From positions 1,771 to 65,770 of the forward strand of contig JBLHGU010000006.1 in assembly GCA_047615875.1 (NCBI GenBank): a stretch of 64,000 nt of DNA, read 5' to 3'. Under the pieces are notes generated by a model. The model did no database searches. It was given only the letters and a program-made list of their open reading frames with translations, and was not told where the DNA came from. This document shows, one piece after another, positions 58,702-64,000 of the stretch; the stretch's first letter is position 1; each line of letters begins with the position of its first letter. A program made the translations under genes and the position numbers. The stretch is from Parasphingorhabdus sp. (GTDB taxonomy: Bacteria > Pseudomonadota > Gammaproteobacteria > Arenicellales > CAJQKF01).

Positions 58702-59873
58702 GTAGTTTCGATATTCTGATCATTGGCGGCGGTATCGTCGGCAATGCCATAGCTCTTAGCCTTTGTAAAGATGGCTATGAGGTCGGACTATTAGATGTAG
58801 CGCCGCCACTCGCCCATCCAGGATCAGAACTTCATCACCGAGTTTGCTCCATAAACTTGCAATCAAGTGCATTTCTGAATGAATTGGGCGTGTGGACGCA
58901 AATTGAAGCCATCCGAGCAACGCCCTTCTCTGCAATAAAGGTCTGGGATGCCAGTAGCCGGGGAGAACTTAAATTCGAAGCAGCAGATTGCGGACTCGAC
59001 AACCTGGGACATATTGTAGAAAACGATATTATCGTTTACTCCCTGGAACAAAGCCTGGTATTGGAATCCGGTTTTACACGACTGTCCTCTGCCAGTCTGA
59101 TCAGCATAGAACAAAACACGCCGGATCAAATCACTATTTGCACATTAGACGATAGACAATATTCCGCTGCATTGGTTGTTGGAGCTGACGGCGCACACTC
59201 CACGGTGCGAAGTTTGAACAATATCTCAGTCAATAACCTTAGCTATCAACAGCACGGCATAGTGACCTGGGTTAACACCAGCCAGCCTCACCAGAATATT
59301 GCGAGACAGGTATTTCTTCCCGGAGGGCCTCTCGCACTACTACCTCTGAGTGAAAGACATTGTTCTATAGTCTGGTCAGTTCCTTCCGAGCAAGTTGAAG
59401 AAATTTGTCTACAAAATGACGAGGATTTTAATCGGACGATCAATCATGCTTTCGGCGATCAACTCGGTGAGATCAGTGTTGAGGCAAAACGTCTATCCTT
59501 TCCACTGGCAAGAAGTCACGCAAAATCCTATCTGGCGGAACGGGTAGTTTTAATTGGCGATGCCGCGCATACGGTTCACCCGCTCGCCGGGCTCGGTGCC
59601 AACCAGGGGTTAGCTGATGTTATTCAATTAAAAGATACACTGGCAACAATAAAATCAAAGGGGAAACCAATTTACAGCCGCCGCGAACTACGATCCTTTG
59701 AACGCAAACGCAAAGCGGAGAATCAGCTAGCCCTGGCGACCATGGATGCATTTCACTTTGGATTTACGTCATCTAATGCTCTGGTCACACAGTTGCGCGG
59801 TACTGGACTCGGATTGGCACAGGCTTCAGATACCATAAAGAGCTTTTTTATACAGCAAGCAACCGCTCATTAG
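58698..59873 (+). CDS. ubiI: FAD-dependent ubiquinone biosynthesis hydroxylase, UbiI/VisC-like
   Basis: 391 aa with FDILIIGGGIVG, GADGAHS and GDAAHTVHPLAGLGANQG. It is a paralogue of the preceding gene and holds the visC position. Confidence 0.75.
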   Translation: MSSFDILIIGGGIVGNAIALSLCKDGYEVGLLDVAPPLAHPGSELHHRVCSINLQSSAFLNELGVWTQIEAIRATPFSAIKVWDASSRGELKFEAADCGLDNLGHIVENDIIVYSLEQSLVLESGFTRLSSASLISIEQNTPDQITICTLDDRQYSAALVVGADGAHSTVRSLNNISVNNLSYQQHGIVTWVNTSQPHQNIARQVFLPGGPLALLPLSERHCSIVWSVPSEQVEEICLQNDEDFNRTINHAFGDQLGEISVEAKRLSFPLARSHAKSYLAERVVLIGDAAHTVHPLAGLGANQGLADVIQLKDTLATIKSKGKPIYSRRELRSFERKRKAENQLALATMDAFHFGFTSSNALVTQLRGTGLGLAQASDTIKSFFIQQATAH

Positions 59874-59956
59874 ATTCTTTGGGGTAAATGACGTGGTTTT
59901 TTCCTCAGGCCGCGAACAGGTATACTCTCCGTAACTGACTACTTTGCATAATTTTG

Positions 59957-60427
59957 ATGCCACTCGACAAAAATTTAAAAAATGCTGGTCTAAAAACCAC
60001 CCAGCCAAGACTGAAAATTCTGGAGATTCTGGAAAATTCTACAGTACGTCATTTGGGCGCTGAGGACGTATACAAGATTCTGCTGGAAAGCGAGGAAGAA
60101 ATTGGGCTGGCAACCGTATACCGGGTATTAACCCAGTTTGAAGCAGCAGGACTAATTATCCGACACAACTTTGAAGGTGGCAGATCGGTCTTTGAGCTAA
60201 ACGATGAATCCCACCACGATCATATGGTTTGTCTTGAATGCGGCAAGGTTTTTGAGTTTTATGACAAAACCATTGAGGAACGCCAAAGCCGCATAGCCAA
60301 CGATGCCGGATTTGTTATTGACGATCATTCGCTTTATTTATACGGCGTTTGCGAAGGCATTAAGAATGACGGCAAATGCAGCATGAAAGGAACTAAAAGC
60401 AGCGGCATTCTCAATTCTCGTAAGTGA
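59957..60427 (+). CDS. fur: Ferric uptake regulator
   Basis: LKNAGLKTTQPRLKILEIL, ATVYRVLTQFEAAGL, the HHDHMVC.ECG metal site and a C-terminal Cys pair. The ATG at 59957 is one codon inside the ORF-track TTG. Confidence 0.9.
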   Translation: MPLDKNLKNAGLKTTQPRLKILEILENSTVRHLGAEDVYKILLESEEEIGLATVYRVLTQFEAAGLIIRHNFEGGRSVFELNDESHHDHMVCLECGKVFEFYDKTIEERQSRIANDAGFVIDDHSLYLYGVCEGIKNDGKCSMKGTKSSGILNSRK

Positions 60428-60464
60428 AATATTAAAGAAACTCTGCCTTTTACAGGGTTTCCAT

Positions 60465-60490
60465 CGGTGCAAGGATGCACCGACATTTTC
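60465..60490 (+). terminator. Putative intrinsic terminator downstream of fur
   Basis: Perfect 7-bp stem CGGTGCA/TGCACCG with loop AGGA, followed by ACATTTTC. It starts 38 nt after the fur stop. The U-tract is short. Confidence 0.5.
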
Positions 60491-60617
60491 GGTCACTGCA
60501 AGTGATTAAAAATGGGAGAAAATGAAAAATCACAATTTTTTTTCGCTGCTCTGGCAATTCAGGATGAATTGATCAGGGCTTATATGAATCTTAATCAAAC
60601 TTCTATAGAGGTCTATC

Positions 60618-61556
60618 GTGTCCACTCTTATCTGCGGCTCATTCGCGTACGACACCATCATGGTGTTTCCAGACAGTTTCAAAAATCACATCCTGCCAGA
60701 ACAGATTCACATTCTTAATGTTTGTTTCATGGTGCCAGACATGCGTCGCGAATTTGGTGGGTGTGCTGGCAACATTGCCTACAATTTGCATGCGCTAGGC
60801 GGCGATGCGGTACCCATGGGCACCGTAGGAAAAGATTTTGGTCCCTACCGGGAATGGCTGACACAGACTGGCATCAGTGATCAACATGTTCGGGAACTAC
60901 CAGATTCCTATACTGCCCAGGCATTCATCACAACCGACATGGACGATAATCAGATCATCGCCTTCCACCCCGGGGCTATGTCTAACGCCCATGAAAACTG
61001 TGTGAAAGATGCGACAGGTATAGAACGAGCCATAGTTGCCCCGGATGGCAGAGATGCAATGATTCAGCACGCCAAAGATTTTAATGAAATGGGTGTGCCA
61101 TTTGTATTCGACCCGGGTCAGGGTCTCCCCATGTTCGATGGAAACGATCTGGAGAAATTTGTGGATCAGGCCGAGTGGGTAATTGTGAATGATTACGAAT
61201 CAAAAATTCTGCAGGAAAAGACCGGTAAAAGCGTCGAAGAACTTTCAAAAAATGTTAGCGCATTGATTGTTACTTTAGGTGCTAAAGGCGCACAGATTTT
61301 TACACGTAGTGGTGAAGAAATTCTTATCCCACCAGTGGCAACCGATAATGCAGTTGATCCAACCGGCTGCGGCGATGCGTTTCGTGGTGGTCTGTTGTAT
61401 GGACTAGAGCAAGGTTTTGACTGGAAAACTACCGGTCGAATTGCCTCGTTAATTGGCTCTGTGAAAGTTGAAACTAATGGCACACAAAATCATCAGATAA
61501 ATCCGGATGCTTTTATGGAACGCTTCGTAAAAGAGTTTGGCTACGCCTACGACTAG
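60618..61556 (+). CDS. PfkB-family carbohydrate/nucleoside kinase
   Basis: 312 aa with a GTG start and GAGG 8 nt upstream. It has the GG motif (EFGGCAGNIAYNL) and the C-terminal DPTGCGDAFRGG ATP/anion-hole motif. Confidence 0.8.
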   Translation: MSTLICGSFAYDTIMVFPDSFKNHILPEQIHILNVCFMVPDMRREFGGCAGNIAYNLHALGGDAVPMGTVGKDFGPYREWLTQTGISDQHVRELPDSYTAQAFITTDMDDNQIIAFHPGAMSNAHENCVKDATGIERAIVAPDGRDAMIQHAKDFNEMGVPFVFDPGQGLPMFDGNDLEKFVDQAEWVIVNDYESKILQEKTGKSVEELSKNVSALIVTLGAKGAQIFTRSGEEILIPPVATDNAVDPTGCGDAFRGGLLYGLEQGFDWKTTGRIASLIGSVKVETNGTQNHQINPDAFMERFVKEFGYAYD

Positions 61557-61572
61557 TCCACCGTCTATAGCC

Positions 61573-62130
61573 ATGACTAAGAGCCTAATCGTCCAGCAAG
61601 ATAGTTTAGTACTGATTATCGATGTTCAGGAACGATTGATACCCGCAATTGGCGACGCTGAACAAGTTATTCAGCGTTGCCTATGGTTATTAAGGCTAGC
61701 AAAAACATTTGATGTTCCTCATCTTGGAGTAGAACAGAACCCGAAAGGGCTGGGTCATCTCCATCCTGAAATTACAGCCAATCTTGGAGAAGAGTGTATC
61801 TTTGCCAAGACTACATTCTCTGCTGCCGGCGAGAAGTATGTTCTCGATAGCATTACAGCAACTGGTAAGAATCAGATCATTGTCGTTGGTATGGAATCCC
61901 ATGTATGCGTTCTACAAACAGTTCTCGATATGGTTAGCCATGGATATGAGATATTTGTAATTGAAGATGGTACTTCATCAAGAAAACAATCAGATAAGCA
62001 TCTCGCTCTGCAAAGGATGAGACATGCTGGAGCGGTGGTTATTAGCCCGGAAATGCTGGTATTCGAGTGGCTAAAGAATTCGAATCATAAAAACTTTCGA
62101 AATGTCTTGAATTCGTTTATTGAAAAATGA
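61573..62130 (+). CDS. Isochorismatase-family cysteine hydrolase
   Basis: LVLIIDVQ, VVGMESHVCVLQT (catalytic Cys) and the typical ~185-aa size. The ATG at 61573 is preferred to the ORF-track TTG 61537, which overlaps the kinase gene. Confidence 0.75.
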   Translation: MTKSLIVQQDSLVLIIDVQERLIPAIGDAEQVIQRCLWLLRLAKTFDVPHLGVEQNPKGLGHLHPEITANLGEECIFAKTTFSAAGEKYVLDSITATGKNQIIVVGMESHVCVLQTVLDMVSHGYEIFVIEDGTSSRKQSDKHLALQRMRHAGAVVISPEMLVFEWLKNSNHKNFRNVLNSFIEK

Positions 62131-62503
62131 GTGACTTCACCGAAATGATGAATCTAAAGATTGAGTTACTGGACTGAGCCAGCTTTGCGGGCTAAGCATG
62201 CTCGTCTCTCGCCGCTGAAGATCCACGAGCCACCACGCAGTGCTTTGGTATTCGCTTCATCATAGTACCGTCATTACTCTTAAAATATGGCTTATATAGA
62301 TCAAACAGGTCGATCTGCAGATCACTACATAGAGCTTGATACCAGTTTTTTTAGCTTGCCTATTCATAGATTCCCTCAACCGTTTTTCGATACGACTACG
62401 CTAACAATAGAAAACAGGAGATTTTCGGGAAAAATTTTCCCAACCTCACTATTCTTAACGTCTAAATAACTTTCCGGCTAATAGATTCATGTTAGAGAAA
62501 ACT

Positions 62504-64000
62504 CTAACGGGACGAGCCACCTCGCTCGCGGGCATATGCGGCAGCTTCGGTTCTGTTCGCGGTATGGGTTTTGTTCAAGATACTACGGACATGCGTCGCA
62601 ACTGTGGCCAAACTTCGGTTTAACTCGGCGGCGATTATCTTGTTACTCTTACCCTCAGCAATGAGTTGCAAAATCTCTAGCTCTCGATGGGTTAATCCAT
62701 CAGTGTCCGCTTTCTTAGAATTAGACTGTGTTTTTTCGATATAATCTAGTTTGGTAAGAATGTTTACCATGCCAAGACCATGAGCTACATCGCGCGCTTC
62801 ATTAATCAAACGTTGAAAAATGACTTTACCACCCTGGTAGTTGTGCCTGCGCAGCACCTGGGCCTGACGAAATTTAATATGGGCAATCCACATATTGTTA
62901 CCGGCATTGTTCGCGAGTTGGCTAGCTTGCGTAAACAAACGGTCTGACTCGTCAAAATCATTCATCATACTAGCTAACATACCAAGATACATATCAGCGG
63001 GCCCGTAACACACAGCTGTTGGATGTGAGACCATCTGACCTGTATATGGCAATAATCTTTGATACAGTCCATTGGCCGCATCGACCCGATTCAACGCTAC
63101 GCAAGTTTCGGACAGATAGACAAGACAGGTTAATAACATTTCATCTTCCGCTATCTGTTGAAAATTATTAGCAACCAACTGGTCGAATAAAGGCACAGCC
63201 TGGTCTAACATATTTAAATCTGTGTATGTCGCCAACAATCCGGGCGCCCACATTGGTGTTTTATCGTCCAGCAACTGTTGTAACGCTCCGCTGATCATGG
63301 GTAGTCGGCCCAGCTCACGATTTAATAAAAACATTTGTGCGCCATAGACCCCTTCGGCACCGCCATCTAAAGTGCCTTCGCCCAGCTCAAAGGCTGCTTC
63401 GATAAACGTTTCCGCACGCTGCCATTGACCCTGAAATAATGCCAGGCTGGCACTTGCACCAGTCGCAAAGTACCGCGCCTTTGCTACATGGTACTTTTCG
63501 ACTGACTGATTCAGCTGCCCAATATATTCAGCCACACGCTTCATATCACCAGACTCCTGGCAAGACAAAATCAACCACTCGAGGGCATCGGTATCATTTA
63601 GATGATAGTGTTTTTCTCGCGCAATAGTGAGGGCGCGTTCACCTAATGAAATTCGCTCAGATAATTTTTCTGGCCTACCACGCAAAACCAGCAAGGCCAT
63701 ACACAGAGCATTTATGCGTGCCCCTGGATCACCACTTTCATCGGCAATTTGAATAGCGTCATAAGCGACGCGCTCCGCATCTCCGATATAAGCGCAAAAT
63801 CTAAGCGCCATTGCGCGATGTGCCATTACATTTGCAATCAGTCCAGGGTCCCCTTCTATATGTTTTAATGCCTCGGTCAAATCAATCAGCGCATCAGAAG
63901 ATCGTTCAGAGGTACGACCCTGATAGACCTTATGACAAGCCACCTCAGCAAATATCCGCCATTGTTCATTTTCTCGAGCCACTTCAAGACAATGGTTTAA
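62504..64000 (-). CDS. LuxR-family (LAL/MalT-like) regulator, 5'-truncated by the window edge
   Basis: C-terminal HTH LTHRELEILQLIAEGKSNKIIAAELNRSLATVATHVRSILNK, preceded by about 400 aa of TPR-like helical repeats. The frame stays open from 63982 to 64000, so the N-terminus (probably an NTPase domain) lies outside the window. Confidence 0.75.
   Translation of the reverse strand, partial: LNHCLEVARENEQWRIFAEVACHKVYQGRTSERSSDALIDLTEALKHIEGDPGLIANVMAHRAMALRFCAYIGDAERVAYDAIQIADESGDPGARINALCMALLVLRGRPEKLSERISLGERALTIAREKHYHLNDTDALEWLILSCQESGDMKRVAEYIGQLNQSVEKYHVAKARYFATGASASLALFQGQWQRAETFIEAAFELGEGTLDGGAEGVYGAQMFLLNRELGRLPMISGALQQLLDDKTPMWAPGLLATYTDLNMLDQAVPLFDQLVANNFQQIAEDEMLLTCLVYLSETCVALNRVDAANGLYQRLLPYTGQMVSHPTAVCYGPADMYLGMLASMMNDFDESDRLFTQASQLANNAGNNMWIAHIKFRQAQVLRRHNYQGGKVIFQRLINEARDVAHGLGMVNILTKLDYIEKTQSNSKKADTDGLTHRELEILQLIAEGKSNKIIAAELNRSLATVATHVRSILNKTHTANRTEAAAYARERGGSSR

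Noticed and set aside
62427-62441. Inverted repeat GGGAAAA-A-TTTTCCC, considered as a bidirectional terminator or operator.
   Set aside because: The stem is only 6-7 bp and A/T-rich with a 1-3 nt loop, there is no flanking U-tract, and it is a single copy. The evidence is insufficient for a feature call.
1-64000. Search for CRISPR arrays, IS elements or transposases, integrases, tRNA/rRNA genes, toxin-antitoxin pairs and known defence-system hallmarks (nucleases, methylases, STAND NTPases).
   Set aside because: I found no direct-repeat arrays, no transposase or integrase-like ORFs, and no tRNA-like cloverleaf in any intergenic region longer than 70 nt. The EVE-domain gene is solitary and sits in a housekeeping context. 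The LuxR/TPR regulator is truncated by the window edge, so no defence-system call can be supported.

Overview
This 64-kb window looks like a marine gammaproteobacterial chromosome. The evidence is enterobacterial/pseudomonad-type synteny: zapA-ssrS-ygfA lies divergent from ygfB-pepP-ubiH-ubiI, and fur, cysS, hisI, rpiA/ilvA, fumA and hrpA are also present. I support about 57 protein-coding genes, one 6S RNA with its promoter, one ops (RfaH) site and one intrinsic terminator. I saw no tRNA, rRNA, CRISPR array, IS element or integrase. The accessory core is a roughly 24-kb operon of 20 co-directional genes (45954 down to 21578, minus strand) that builds a surface glycan. It sits between ilvA and hrpA and starts behind a perfect ops element. 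It encodes a TviB/WbpO-type dehydrogenase, a uronate 4-epimerase, a CE4 deacetylase, four GT4 and two GT2 transferases, and a LegB/LegC-like pair. It also encodes a NeuC/NeuB/NeuA-like trio (a legionaminic-acid-like nonulosonate pathway), an AsnB-like amidotransferase, a membrane-anchored SGNH esterase, a Wzy-like protein and a WbaP-like initiating transferase. Two large proteins in it have no assignable function: a 492-aa GT-B-like protein with an HP motif and a 661-aa polytopic membrane protein. I found no recognisable Wzx, Wzz or export genes and no N-acetyltransferase. Other points worth a second look: (1) a translationally coupled module of small membrane protein, 2TM/2xRCK K+ channel and tandem-thioredoxin periplasmic protein; (2) an MltD-like lytic transglycosylase whose LysM modules carry invariant Cys pairs; (3) a DddP-like M24 protein; (4) a likely in-frame deletion scar of a DUF1538/P-II operon; (5) an hrpA whose Walker A motif lies upstream of any canonical start codon and directly in frame behind the ppiA stop. 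All family assignments come from reading motifs by eye. No database search was run.
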